A stretch of 64,000 bases of DNA, from positions 94,922,001 to 94,986,000 of the forward strand of contig NC_043006.1 in assembly GCF_006345805.1 (NCBI RefSeq). The letters run 5' to 3'. Positions 13,584 through 27,549 of the stretch are shown piece after piece. Each line of letters starts with the position of its first letter. The first letter of the stretch is position 1. Source of the stretch: Octopus sinensis. Its lineage: Eukaryota. The notes beneath the pieces are model-generated. The model was not told the DNA's origin, ran no database searches, and worked only from the letters and a program-made list of their open reading frames with translations. The translations under genes were made by a program, and so were the position numbers.

Positions 13584-13700
13584 TGGAGGCGCATTGGCCC
13601 TGTGATTAGGGCAGCGGACTCGCGGTCATACGAACGCGGTTTCGATTCCCACAGCGGGCTATGTGAGTGTTTATTGAGTAAAATACCTAAAGCTCCAAGA
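13584..13700 (+). mobile_element. tRNA-derived SINE head fragment
   Basis: GGAGGCGCATTGGCCCTGTGATTAG...GGTTTCGATTCC, A/B-box-like. Confidence 0.55.
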
Positions 13701-13704
13701 GGCT

Positions 13705-14307
13705 ACAGCACACAAGTGTACGAGTGTTTCAGAAGTTTCCATGATGACCGAAAAATGTCGCTAACCAACAGGACAGAAATGACTCAAAACCAGCAGAATC
13801 GAGAAAAACGTCGCAGATGTGCGTGCACCTCTAAGGGGAGATCGTCGAATCACCACCCGTGAATTATCAGATGATGTGCAGATTAGTTTCGGTTCAATTC
13901 AGTAATTTATCACTGAAGATTTGGGTATGAGACGTGTTTCCGCCAAGTTTGTGCCAAAACCGTTTTCAGCGGACCACAAATTTGCTCGGCTTTCAGTTGC
14001 ACAAGACCTCCTTAATTGTGTCGAGAACGATGAAATATTTTCAAAACCCTTGCTTTAGGTTTCTGAATAGGTATCGCCAAGCATTTGGTTAAATTTGATG
14101 CGTATTCTCTGCTCAAATTTCTCTGTCATTGTTTATGCGACCATCACACGCTACACACCTTCCTTCCAAGCATTACTGTGATCAACAGAATTGCGCTATA
14201 ACGTTAAAAATTAGTGCGCTTGCACAACAAATCTGTGCCAAGTGGCTTCACTCCGCTTGTTTTAACTTCGTTACTATAGCAACAGTCAAGATACTTATTG
14301 ATGAGAC

Positions 14308-14308
<1 letters not shown>
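13705..14308 (+). mobile_element. Mariner transposon remnant, internally deleted
   Basis: Frames read TQVYECFRSFHDDR and DRRITTRELSDDVQISFGSIQ*FITEDLGMRRVSAKFVPK, the mariner HTH and WVPHEL-equivalent linker. Confidence 0.8.
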
Positions 14309-14353
<45 letters not shown>

Positions 14354-15774
14354 CATTACACACATTTTCTATATATGTTACAAGTAATACGTGGTTATGA
14401 ATATATCTGGACTCTGTATATACGTATGCAAGAAAATTATATACTTCATAAACATATATTTAGTCTCGTTTTGAAAAGATATATAATCTGTGAATAAATC
14501 ACTAAGATTTCAGCGATCGATTATGAAGAATCTTCCGTCTAGTTTAATCTTTCTTTGGGACTTGTAACGAACTAATTACCTCACCTCTCCACTTCCTGAA
14601 ATTTCGTAGAATTTATATCTTCTTATGAATGTCAACAACCTCGAAATGACAGGAAGATCGTTTCATAATGCTGCAAGGTTGACGACCGAGATATTTTGAG
14701 AGAAATACCAACATAACTTGGTTATGAATACATATCCTTGCACGTAACGAATATGTTAGAAATATATATATATTCAGAGTCTTGAAAATATAATTGCATA
14801 ACGTATAAATAAATCACAGGAATGCTGACAGTTTGGGAGCAAGAATCGACTAACTAATTTTGTCTTTCTTTAACTAGTTTAGGGAGCGCTTCTCTCACCT
14901 CTCAACCTCCGAATTGTAACACAAAGCTTGAAATATATGTGTATTACGCAGAAAATTCACTGACCATCAACAATTGCTGATATGTATAAATCTCAAGTAT
15001 GCTCCGCAGAGAGATCTTGTTTTAAGATACAGGATTCTGTTATTGGTGCTACACAAATAGACATTACAGGCAACGCACAAAAGTTCACACAACAGATTAA
15101 CTGCGAATTTCATCACTGATACACTGAAACAGATAGTGGTGAATAAAGGAGATCCTTAGAATGTCGAAGAGAGTGCTTCGCAATATTAGTTCAGATTTCT
15201 TTCATTCTCTGTTCAAATCATGCCGAGGTCTCCCTCTCTCTCTCTGTCTGTGTCTCCCTCTCGCTCCTTGTTTGTGTTTGTCAGCACACCTCTTACCTTT
15301 TATGAGACAGAGTTTATCTCAATCCCGATTCATTAATAAATTGTAGCACCTCACAACCCTCATCCTCCCTTTCTATTTTTCTGGGCATACTTTTGTGTGC
15401 CCGTGGGAGCATGCGTGTGTATTTGTGTGTGCATGTATGTGTGTGTGCGTGTGTGTGGATCCGTTTGAAACTATGAATAAAATTAAATATATTCTATATA
15501 GTTACCGAATATAAATTAGCTATATATTCGTTATATATCAAGGGTCTTCAATTAGTCATAATATTGTGTGTATGAATGTCTTTGTGCACAGGTTTGTATG
15601 CATTTTCTTGATTTTCTTGTCTATATGTATATGTATATCTATATCTATATATATATATATATTAACGACGGGATTTTTTCAGTTTCCCTCTACCAAATCC
15701 AATCGCAAGGCTTTGGTCGGCCCGAGTCTATAGTTGAAGACACTTTCCTAAGGAAACAAGCAATAATTAATCTC

Positions 15775-16193
15775 TGAGCGAGTTATAAACTGTAGCTGTA
15801 CAACATTGTGAAGTATATTTGCCACCTAAATGTGGCTAACCCTTAAGGGTCGATGCTACTGTAGCTGGTGTCCACCTTTTCGAGATCAGTGACTTTTCAT
15901 CACTGGAAAAAGTATATATATTTGCATTGAGAATCATTTCCCATCGCCAACCGATGGTGGTCACACGCTGATGACGGGTCAATACTCAGAAAGCCGAGTC
16001 CATGTGTATCACGTGAGGCTGGAGATGGGAACGATGATATCCCTTTGCAGATACTGATAGGACACAGTGTGTCAATAGCCAGCAGGAGGAGATGTCTTCC
16101 TGGGGCTACAAGCTACAGTAGCATCGGCCCTTAAGGGTTACCCACAATTAGGTACTTCACGATGTCATGCAGCTACTGTTTATAACTCGCTCA
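15775..16193 (+). mobile_element. Short element with inverted ends and an internal degenerate HHR
   Basis: Arms 15775-15866 and 16111-16193 are reverse complements (TGAGCGAGTTATAAAC...CCCTTAAGGGYCGATGCTACTGTAGCT); CTGATGA at 15968, GAAA at 15989. Confidence 0.7.
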
Positions 16194-17159
16194 CACACAC
16201 AAACACACACACACACACATACACACACACACGCACACACACACATATATATATATATAGGTATATGTGTATATATATAAGTGTGATTGTGTGTTTGAAT
16301 ATAATTCTGCTAATATCGGAATAATTTACATTACGTGATGTTACTATTTTAATATTTCATGGAGAGTTGCGTTATATATTCTTTCAAATAATTTTTGATA
16401 TCATTTTCTAATGCAAATATATTTTATTTAACTAACGTTTTTGTTTCTATTTGCATCACTTGTCTGTATATTGTGTTAATCAGCTAACATACCCAACATC
16501 TCATCCTTCCAAATATATATATATATATGTGTGTGTGTGTGTTGTGTGTGTGTGTGTGTGTGTATGGGTACATAACATATGTGAGCGTTTGTATGTGTGT
16601 GAGTGCGCGTGTGTGTATGTATGTCTGTATGTTATAATTCTACATTAGTAAATATATATACATAAAAACATATATATATATATATGTATACATATCATGT
16701 GGTCTTAAAAGTGATATTTCTTTTTCACACACACACACACGTATTTGAAATGGAGAAAATATATCAACACATAGAAAAAGCTATAAGCTTGAATTCAAAT
16801 ATGGCGTACTAATACATATTTCCCTCGTTTTTCATTTTAAAATTTCTAAAACAATTTCATATATTAACTCTGCCTATAAATATCACACATTTCTAATATC
16901 TCTTATTTTATTTTAATTTTAATTTTCTGAAGTAACTATTCGCTTTAGTTTATTACATTTCATATGAAATTATGGAAATCACGTCTGTGTTTGTTAAGTT
17001 GTTTTGTTTTAATTTAACCACGTTACACAATTTTAAAAAATCCCTCCAAAAATATATACCTTTACGATGAAATTCACTTTGTATTTTTTAATTCTTATTC
17101 CAATTCGCACTAAGCGCTTGATATTTTAACAACTTTTCAGGACACATTTCTCAAACTTT

Positions 17160-17244
<85 letters not shown>

Positions 17245-17290
17245 TTATTTATCTATCTAGCTATATGTATCTATCTATCTATTTATCTCT
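17160..17290. repeat. (TATC)n
   Basis: Directly visible. Confidence 0.95.
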
Positions 17291-18104
17291 CTTTAGAGAC
17301 AAACACTTTCCTCTCTGGTTCATCTCTGAACAACTTCAAGTATCATTTGAAAAGTGAGAGTAGAGAGGCAAGTTTTGTCTAGCGAATGCTTCAAAAAAAG
17401 ATGGGTGAATGTAGCAAGGATGGCACGTATGAACGATGAAGCCACCTTGAGCATAATACTATGAACCCGGAAAAATTTAAAACAGAGAGTTACTTACTTG
17501 CAAACAAATGTGTTAACATGTGACATTATTGACCAAGGGTAGCGTGGTCTTTTCCGTAGGCTTTTCTTTCCACGGATAAACCTTATCTGCTTCCCCCTTT
17601 ACACTTTACATCATGACATTTCTGTGATATACGATCCTTATTGATGGTGTTTTTCTTTTTCTTTTTTTTCTTGCCCTTTTTTTCTCCCCAAAAAGAAAAG
17701 CTCTACTTTGTAATCTGTCCCGTCTGTGTGCAGCTCTGTGTGGCTAATAAAGCTTGTCCCTCTCTCTCTCTCTGTTTCCCCTCTCTGTATATATGAATAT
17801 ATATATAAATATATGTGTGCGTGTGTAGTAAAATACAAGCACACATAGATAGAGAGATAGATAGATGTATATATATATATATGTATAATAATATATACAC
17901 ACACGCATGTATATATATATATTATTTTTCTATGGAAATTAAAAATAATTTAGTTAAATCTACTTTTACAATCATTAATAAACATTTTAATTCTGATAAC
18001 AGATATTATGAAATAATTAATAATAATAATTAATTATAACTTAGCAAGTATTACATTTTGTATAAGCAATAAGAAAACAAAGATTATTTAAATAGGAACA
18101 CCTA

Positions 18105-18266
<162 letters not shown>

Positions 18267-18269
18267 GAC

Positions 18270-18935
18270 GAAGAGCGCGATTCGATTGTAATATATATTT
18301 TATTGTTTGAACGATATTTCAATTGTAAGTCTGTCTCTCTCAAGTTCAAAATAAGAAGTGATATAAAATTCAAAATTATAGAAATTTAAACGTAAAGTAT
18401 TTACGAGAGCAACCAGTGTCCACACACGTTGATGGAATGACATCATCGGTTTTTAAGTTACAATTTTATAATAGGCGAAAAGAAAATGACAGAAAAAAAA
18501 CCACCAGAAAAAAGGAAAGAAAAATGAGAAAAAGAAGAATATTTAATCAAACAGGTTTGTATAAATTTGATGATATTCTCCTGTTATCTTATTCATTCCT
18601 CCAGGGCGTGATGTTAATATCCCGCATGCATATTTCCCCTCATACATTCTGAGAAGTGAAAGTGAAGCAGATTCAGAATATTTTCTGAGAATATGCACTT
18701 TCAAGTCTTCTTCAAAATTGCAGCCGCTTGAAGCGAAATGTTTGACAAGTTCTGTCGAACTACTGTTATTGTGCCTGATGTCGAATCTGTGCCTATTAAA
18801 CCTTTTGTTTAATTGTTTTGTTGTACAACGAACGTAAATTAATTTGTGATTTGTGCATTCTGCAGCGTACACCAAATGGGAATCTTTACATGTTCCACCT
18901 TTTGTATAAATCATAACATTTCTATTATGATTTCT
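18270..18935 (-). mobile_element. Penelope-like element 3' fragment encoding a GIY-YIG endonuclease
   Basis: ORF 18543-19001(-) contains LVYAAEC...IYVRCTTKQLNKRFNRHR...LVKHF...LKVHIL...GGMN, a GIY-YIG pattern, followed by a T-rich 3' UTR. Confidence 0.8.
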
Positions 18936-18944
18936 GATGGAAAT

Positions 18945-19048
18945 TATTATTATTGTGATTATTAATAATAATAACAATGATAACAATAACAACAACAACA
19001 ATAATAATAATAATAATAATAATAATAGTAATAATAATAATAATAATG

Positions 19049-19109
<61 letters not shown>

Positions 19110-19140
19110 TAATAATAATAATAATAATAATAATAATTAC
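18945..19140. repeat. (AAT)n
   Basis: Directly visible. Confidence 0.95.
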
Positions 19141-19781
19141 TTTAAATCCCCTGTACACATTCTTTTAATTTGAACTACACTGTAAGTAATACATCTCATA
19201 ATAGCATTATCTTACAAAATAACTCTGCAATAACTAATAACATTCCCCTTTCAAATGCACATATAAAAGTGTAATGTATCAATGCACAGCGACAACTCTA
19301 GATAAAAAATAATTTCATACTGGGGCTTCGAAAAATTAAATAAAAGATCGCATATCTACCCACTTACACACTTTTAGAAACAAACATGCATCCAACTCTA
19401 CTGGATTAAGCAAATTTATCTGGAAGCTAAAAGATAATCGTATAAATTTTATTATTTTTTAGATAACAACTTATTTGAATTTTAAATTTATACTTGCTCT
19501 CAGCGGAGCTTTCAGCTGAACAGTCCGCACGGAGAGGCAAATGTTGTTTTTGAAGTAGTTTACGTAGTAAGCCTAGCTTTAAGTATTGGTTCGTCACAGA
19601 ATGTTAAATCAGTTGATACTAGGATGTCTATGCCCTTATTTGTATTTTACTATTTGAATTTTGTATGTGGGAAGACCGTTTCGGAGAAATATATTTGCTG
19701 TATTCTCCGTGCGTGATTATACTACATACATACATACATACATACCTACATATGTATATATATATATATATATAATATATA

Positions 19782-19847
<66 letters not shown>

Positions 19848-19900
19848 GTATGTATATATATATCTACATATATACATATATAGTAGATACATATATTATA

Positions 19901-21366
19901 TACTAGCATTGTGACCCGTCGCTGCCGGTCATAGTGCAAGTGCATGTATATAAATGTATATATATATGTGTACATATTACATGTTCATCTATATATATAT
20001 ACATTACACATAAATACAAAATACAATTATATCTGATATCGCTAGTGATAACAATACTCAAAATATATAACAGACTGGAATTGTAGGCCCGTCTCTTGCA
20101 ATTTCGATCAATTGTATCTTGTCCTCCCTCTTGTATAGAAGTGTGGCTACAATCCAGCCTACCTCTACTTCTGCGGGGACATTTTAAATTTTTATCCGGG
20201 ACGTCCTACGTCCCAGATATAGAGATAAAAATAAAATATTTCCACTTTGCAAGGTTCGTGCCGAGTACTCCCTTGCACGCTCTACATTTTATTTATAGAC
20301 AACAGTCTTTTCTTTAATTTAATTTTTTATTTCGTTTGGTGGTGTTATCCTAGATTCACCGTCTTTGTCGGTGATCAATCCAAAATAGGTTTGTATTTCT
20401 TCCATTTTAATTTTAATGAGTTCGCGCCCGCCGACGGCTGCAGCGAAATTCATATTTGGACTTTCTTCTATCGAAGGCATTTTAACCAAAATGCTTCCGT
20501 ATAAACGGTGAAAATATTGTCAATTTCCCCAAGCAGGGACACAATTCAATTTTTAAGCAATAACCAAATCTTTTCTCCAAAGGGGGAGGGTTACGGTTTA
20601 CAATTATTTAACAAGTGCAACACAACAACGTTTCCCTTACGAGGAACCAACAAACGGGATAACAATAGTTAAACAGTAATAATAATAACAACAAACCTTA
20701 CGGTGAATCAAAAAGCAGTACGCAGTTGAAGCTATAGTCCTTTATGTATAATAAATAAACCAACAGCAGTACTCAGTAGAAGCGGCTGTTTGAGAAAACA
20801 GACATTACATACAGCCAAACTTCATATAGATACTTAAAGCTAGCTAATTATCAGGTAATCTTATGTAAAAGCCGTGGTAAAAGGTATGTGCACAGCTCCA
20901 TATGGACTATTCCATTTCTGTACACTAATTTTATTTATAATTTATTCCCTTTCAGGTGAAACCACTTATTCAAGTTGGAGTCATTGATGCAGTTTTATAC
21001 GAATTGCTATATGTACTTATAATTGTTATGTTACGATTTAATTTAGTTTGATTTAAATTATTACTTACTACATATAATTCTATTGTTATTATTATCTCTA
21101 ATTTTTATTGTTAAAGTGAAAGCATCTGACATAAAATAGAGAGATGTTTTTGTTTCACTTTTAACACGTAATACTGAAATAGTAGAGCAGATATGATATT
21201 GCTATGGGCTCGCTCTAGGCAAGAAGTTGAACATTTTTTTGCCCATGAAACTACATGGACCTTAAGTAAGGCATGTGTAAAATTTGAATGACATTGGTTG
21301 TGTATTTCTCAAGTTTTAGGAAACACACAGACAGATACACATTCTCAGTTTTATATATATAGAGAT
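19901..21366 (+). mobile_element. Probable non-autonomous Helentron/Helitron-like element
   Basis: Starts TACTAGC followed by a subterminal hairpin TGACC...GGTCA; ends ACACACAGACAGATACACATTCTCAGTTTTATATATATAGAGAT, resembling DINE-1/HINE-type ends; recognised by pattern only. Confidence 0.4.
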
Positions 21367-21413
21367 ATGTATGTTTAACATATATATGTATATATATTTA
21401 TATATATATATAG

Positions 21414-21455
<42 letters not shown>

Positions 21456-21576
21456 ATAAAATAAATCACCCCACATTACTGTATTGTTAAAACAGTATAG
21501 TTTTTTTTGGTGCATCTAAGTTAGGTACCATATTCAAGTAAATTCATTTAAATTAACTTGAATCTTTATTGCTTTT

Positions 21577-21672
<96 letters not shown>

Positions 21673-22836
21673 TACATGCATATGTACCTATGTATGTATG
21701 AATGTATGTATAACAAGCGCGTGTTATACTGTGGCCCGTGGAACCGTTTGGTGAAGCGGATGGAGGAATCACATCACTTTCATTAAAGTGTAATGTATGG
21801 CGTCATGCATATCACGAGAAGTACATCGAAATCAATCAATATTTACCTTACATTTGATGATAAAACATCTAATCCATATTTTAAAAGGTTCCCAGCCATT
21901 TATACTTTACTCAATGCTTATACCCACATGTAGTTTCTATTATCTTATAATTTATTAAAGTATTCTATATTAACCAAACGCGCATAGTTATATGAATAAA
22001 CAGCGATAGAAGCGCTTGCAGATAGAGTCTGTTTTCAAATGTAATTTATCAAGATAATCATCGGAAGTTACAATCACAGAATAAATGGCACGTGATTATT
22101 GAAGGTGATAACAGTTAGAAGAATGCAATGAGCAGCCATTTTAAATCATGCTTATTGCCTGCAATAAAAACTTGCTAAAACGGATAGCTGTTTTATATAT
22201 AGCATTAAAGATATCTTTAATGGTGGATTAATGCTGGCTTTTTACACGTGGCCTTGTAATCTGGTGGATAACTGTTGACTATCTGCTAAATATCTGCTGG
22301 CAGTAGGTTCTAATTGCTTTAAAGACTATAAATCTAATGAACAAAACTTCAGTAATGTAAGTGAAATAAAATAGGAAAACCGCATCATTCCTGCCTCTTC
22401 TTCATAGCTAAACATTATTGAGATATCCCTCCTATTATCGAACACATATTTCAGCATCAAAAACGGTAGTAGCAGCACCAGCATCTCCAAATACAACAAC
22501 AGTATTCTCTGTTTCATTAACAGGAACTCATCATTTGACATACCCTGGTCAATGTCTCCCTCTGCGGTAACAAGGCATTCTACTTCTCACTGCTCCACCA
22601 CCAAACCGTGAGGGTAGCCTCTTCGATATTTTTATGTCTTTTACAAATAATAAGCCGATAGGCACATCAAACTTTCGCTTAAGTCGATCGTGGCAAACAA
22701 ATGATGAAAATTCAACCTACACTTGGTGGAAATGATACGTCTGCACGTATGTATATATACATGTAAGTATGCGTGTAAATATGCAGGTTCATATACATAT
22801 ACATATGCACACACACACACACATGCACACGCACAC

Positions 22837-22905
<69 letters not shown>

Positions 22906-23501
22906 CATACATATATATATATATATATGAGAAGGAAAATTTATTAATTTAACTAGACCAAGAATTGATCAATCCTAAACTAACGGAATTATTTATGAAT
23001 TTCTGTATGCGTGCTTCCTCGCCTTCAACATGCGTAAACTATAAAGTGATGTTTTGAAGTGATTAGACGGACTTAGCGTCTATTTTTAGCAAATAAGCAA
23101 AAATGTGATAACAAAATAATTCAATACTTGAATAATGGGATCATTTAATGATAAATTCTATTCAATTCTGTCATTTCTACATAAATAAATGACAACTCAA
23201 ATTGCAGCTGTTTCTCCGTCATTAAAAATAGCTTTTGTCTAAGATTGATAAATTCCCCTTTTTACAATATAATGAGGTTTCTTCAGACGGGCATATCTTC
23301 TTAAATATTTCATGAAAATAGCAAGTAAGTATTGTCTACCAGCCCGAAAGCTTTTAAAACGCTTTGCTAAGAGCGAGTTAAATATCAAATAAACTAACTG
23401 AAATTTCATAAATTCTTAAATTCAAATCTATTAGTATCTAGTACTATAACCGATTTTGTTACATAATACACAAATTCATATAAAAAGATTTACACACACA
23501 C

Positions 23502-23556
<55 letters not shown>

Positions 23557-23580
23557 ACACACACACATATATATATCAGT

Positions 23581-24130
23581 AATGACGATAATAATAATAA
23601 TGTTAACGCTGGCGTTGATATTGATACTAGAAATGACGGCAATAATAACACAAATATCACAAACGATTCACATAATACTACCCTAGCCACTACCAGCACT
23701 ATCTTATCTTTTCCCCTTATTAACCATCGTAGAACTGATTGCTGCAACTGCAGATCCGGGACAGACTGCTCGCTTCAAGCCCAGTGCAGAAGATTCAACG
23801 TCGTATACCAAATCACCCTTCACGACATAGGAAGTAACTCTTATAGCTACTACATTGGATCTACCGCAAATTTTAAACAACGATATTATGCACATTAAAA
23901 CTCGTTTAAATATAAAGAGAATAGGAATTCCACATCGCTAGCCAGCCACGTACACCTTCTGATAAATAGAAAAATACAATTAAACTTCCTTGGGCTATAA
24001 AAGACTCGTATCAAGACCAACACTCCATTTGTGGACACTGCTCAAAAGAAGCCCTCAAAATTCTAACCTATAACTCACCACAATTACTTAATAAACACAA
24101 CGAAGCCGTCACTACGTGTAAGGACCGATC
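23581..24130 (+). mobile_element. Penelope-like element GIY-YIG endonuclease remnant with Cys-rich linker
   Basis: Manual translation from 23722: CCNCRSGTDCSLQAQCRRFNVVYQITL...YYIGSTANFKQRYYAH*NSF...NSTSLASHVH; later CGHCSKEALKIL...LLNKHNEAVTTCK; TAA at 23896. Confidence 0.8.
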
Positions 24131-24572
24131 CTCCCGCGCTTCTAAATTCTTTCATAAATCTAAATGTAAATTCACCCCACACGAATAACACGCACATACA
24201 AACTTCCATGTTCGCTAACCCCTCTATATGTCTTATATCAACCTTACCTCATCACTTTATAAGATAAATATTAACTCTTTAGTTTATTTTAAAACTTTAA
24301 CCAAAATAAATCCGCTAATATTTAATTCTAACTGATTGATTTTTCAAATTATAAATTTGCAAATATTATACTAATGCATTTTCATACAGAACTACACTTT
24401 ATTAGAAAATTCCATCCAAAAATGAATGTTTGGAAGGGGTATATTCTAAATAGGGAAAACGAAAGAAAGGAAGGAAAAAGGAAAGAAGAGGAAAACAGAA
24501 GGGTGAAGTGAGAAGGAAAACAAAATGACTTTCAGTGATGACCAAACCCCTTCTCTCTCCCTTTCCCTCTAC

Positions 24573-24573
24573 G

Positions 24574-24664
<91 letters not shown>

Positions 24665-24670
24665 TTGTCC

Positions 24671-24724
<54 letters not shown>

Positions 24725-24822
24725 TTATTTATCTATCTATCTATCTGTCTGTCTATTTGTCTATCTATCTATCTATCTATCTATCTATTTATCAGCCTAT
24801 CTACCTACCTATATTTCTATCT
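24573..24822. repeat. (TATC)n/(TGTC)n
   Basis: Directly visible. Confidence 0.95.
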
Positions 24823-25058
24823 ATTCATCTCCATTGTCATAGAACCTCAATCCCACCCCACCAAAAGAAAAAAAAACAAAACAATACCATATTCTCTTCT
24901 AAACAACCCACCTCCAAATATCAGTTGTATATAAATGAACAAGCTGCTTGTACATTCACGTAATTTTATTTGACAAGTTCTAGAAAGGAACGAAAGCACT
25001 AATACTGAAGAAATAAAAGGATTTTTTCCCAAAATTCTGACGACGGTTTTTTCTAAAT

Positions 25059-25100
<42 letters not shown>

Positions 25101-25759
25101 GTACACACCCTAAGGCGGTGTCTTTCTTTTTTGCGATACCTTCGACCGTACTGGACACGATTTTCTGAGCTCTTCGCCCCCCCCCCATATATAGTCCTTT
25201 ACGACAGTTTTCATTTCTCCTTCGCATTACCCGTTTTTGTCTTGTCTTGCAGCCCGAAGGCTTTAGGCATAAGCAAAATGTGTGTGTGTGTGTGAGTGCG
25301 TATGTGTGTGTGAGTGGGCGTGTGTGTGTGTGTGTGTGCGGGCGTGTGCTTGCATATAATGTGTGCCGTTTTTTTGTGTCCTTCCGTTTTCCAGGAATAA
25401 AACGCATAATGTATTGTTAGACGAGATGCATTAACTTTCCACTCTCTTCCCTATATCGCAGATATATGGATACCATCAACATGTCAGAAACCAGTTTCCC
25501 AAATCAAATGGTAAAAAACACACCATGCATTTGTCCATGCTCAGCAACCGCAGCAACTTAAGTATCACCAGCATTTTCAATGAGGTCACCTTTGCATTCA
25601 GCGTCAACAAAGTAGTGGAAGTCAATGGCTGTTAATCGTAAATCGTAACGAAGTAATAAACATTGTCAGTTATCAGGCCTTATTAGGATGACGATATTCG
25701 TCCACCGGGTTCAAATATTATCGCTGATATTTCCTAATTGCTGGATGCCCTGCCACCCA

Positions 25760-26032
25760 TCTCAAGTCCTGAAGAATACAGTATTTAGAGCATGTGTAGG
25801 AGAACATCCCATAAACAGCTGTAAGATGTAGTTTATATTTATATTTGTATTAATTTATATTCACTTACATACTGTACTTATTGTATCATATTACTCATTG
25901 ATGTACGTTGTTTTGTTCTATACTATTATGTTTGACCTTAATGTTCATACGTCGTGGTTTAATAAATTATGTGATTGGGTATTATCTGGTACTTGATTAT
26001 TGATTAAGGTGTATTTCTCCATTTTCTTATTT

Positions 26033-26035
<3 letters not shown>
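25760..26035 (+). mobile_element. Probable PLE 3' tail with decayed HHR
   Basis: CTGAAGA near 25769 and TAAACAGCTGTAAG near 25812 (same palindromic stem III as 26281-26297), then a T-rich tail ending at (TA)n. Confidence 0.4.
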
Positions 26036-26062
<27 letters not shown>

Positions 26063-26066
<4 letters not shown>

Positions 26067-26345
26067 AGGTTATAAGAGATAATGGTGTCATTGAGACCCA
26101 AAGGTGTCAGGTAATGCTGAATAAGTGCTATAGACAGATCATAGTTAAGTTCCAGATTCAGTAATATTGCGAATAAAGGGATCAATGTTGGTTCTATGTC
26201 GGCGTGTGTATATAAGAATTGTTTGCGTAATAAGATAAAACACCAAGGGCGTATATATATTAGAGCATTTATAGATAGAAGGTCTTACAGCTGTTTCTAG
26301 GATATTAATTAATAATATCCCTTCATCGGAGACGGTGTGAGAGGA
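26063..26345 (-). mobile_element. PLE-type 3' tail with HHR-like motif (family C)
   Basis: HHR-like motif at 26281-26335, then a tail running into (TA)n at about 26035-26062. Confidence 0.6.
26281..26335 (-). ncRNA. Hammerhead-like motif, U4C core variant
   Basis: Minus strand: GUCU-CCGAUGA-A-GGGAUAUU/AAUAUCCU-A-GAAA-CAGCUGU-A-AGAC; palindromic stem III ACAGCUGU, GUA site, stem I GUCU/AGAC. Confidence 0.6.
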
Positions 26346-26428
26346 AAAATTAAGTCATATATATATATATATATATATACATACATATATATAAATATAA
26401 ATAAATAAATAAATATAATATATATATA

Positions 26429-26466
<38 letters not shown>

Positions 26467-27356
26467 TATATGTATATATATATACATATACACACATATA
26501 TATAGTAATTTTAGGTGGTAGAGTGTGACTGTGATTTCGAACTTTGAGCCTGAGAACCTACGTCAGGTGGCTTAAGGGCAACAGACAAAACTTTGTTGTT
26601 ATTGTTAACTTTGTTCTTGTAAAACTATTCTAAAATGTTGCGAGAAATTCTTCAGTTTCATGTGTTTATTACAATTCGATAGAAAGCAAACATGCACGTT
26701 CATATATGTATATATTTGTGTGTGTGTGTGTGTATGTATATGTGTATGTATGTATTTACAGAGTTAGAGAGATAGTTGCATATATATATATGCACACACA
26801 CACACACAAACATATTATATTTACACCCACATTCATAAGCACACATGCATACATACAAATACACACATGAACCAAATTATATTAGGAGTGCATTACCTTA
26901 CAGCATAACTCTAAGTGCTGTATAAACAAGTACTTAGGGAAAAGTGAGTTAATATAATATTATTTACTGCGACTGATTTAAAAGCAACTCGAGGCATACA
27001 TGTATAAATATATATATATATATCAAACACGTCACATTTTACAACTGCACAGAAGTGTGTTTTTTGGAGAATCGGTGCATCTGGAACGCGTATTTAAAAT
27101 ACATCATTGGTAAAACATACTGGAATTTGCAGTAAAAAGATATTTTGTGTTTTGACACTCACACACACACATACACACACACACACACACACACTCACAC
27201 ATACACACACATACACGCTCATATACAGAAATACATACACACACACATTCATATATCTATGTACGTATAGATGCAACTTAGTATGTGTGTATGCATGCGT
27301 TATATTCATATGTATTTATGGATATATATATATATATGTATATACGTATATGTGTA

Positions 27357-27397
<41 letters not shown>

Positions 27398-27549
27398 GTA
27401 CTTAGATACTGACATACGTTTCGGGGCCACATTGGCCAGGGCCATAGCTAACTTAATAGCACTATCTGGAAAATACATTTAGTAATGTATTTTTGTATAG
27501 TTATTTTTAGGCACCATTGCCCATTCGATTAAAGAGTTGTTGTTTGCAG

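Noticed and set aside
22420-22620. Peptide STSISKY...FDIPWSM resembling a PLE endonuclease C-terminus
   Set aside because: Too short and degenerate to call without an HMM search.
27407-27443. Minus-strand GAAACGTATGTC preceded by a GC-rich hairpin
   Set aside because: Only the 3' half of an HHR; no CUGANGA upstream.
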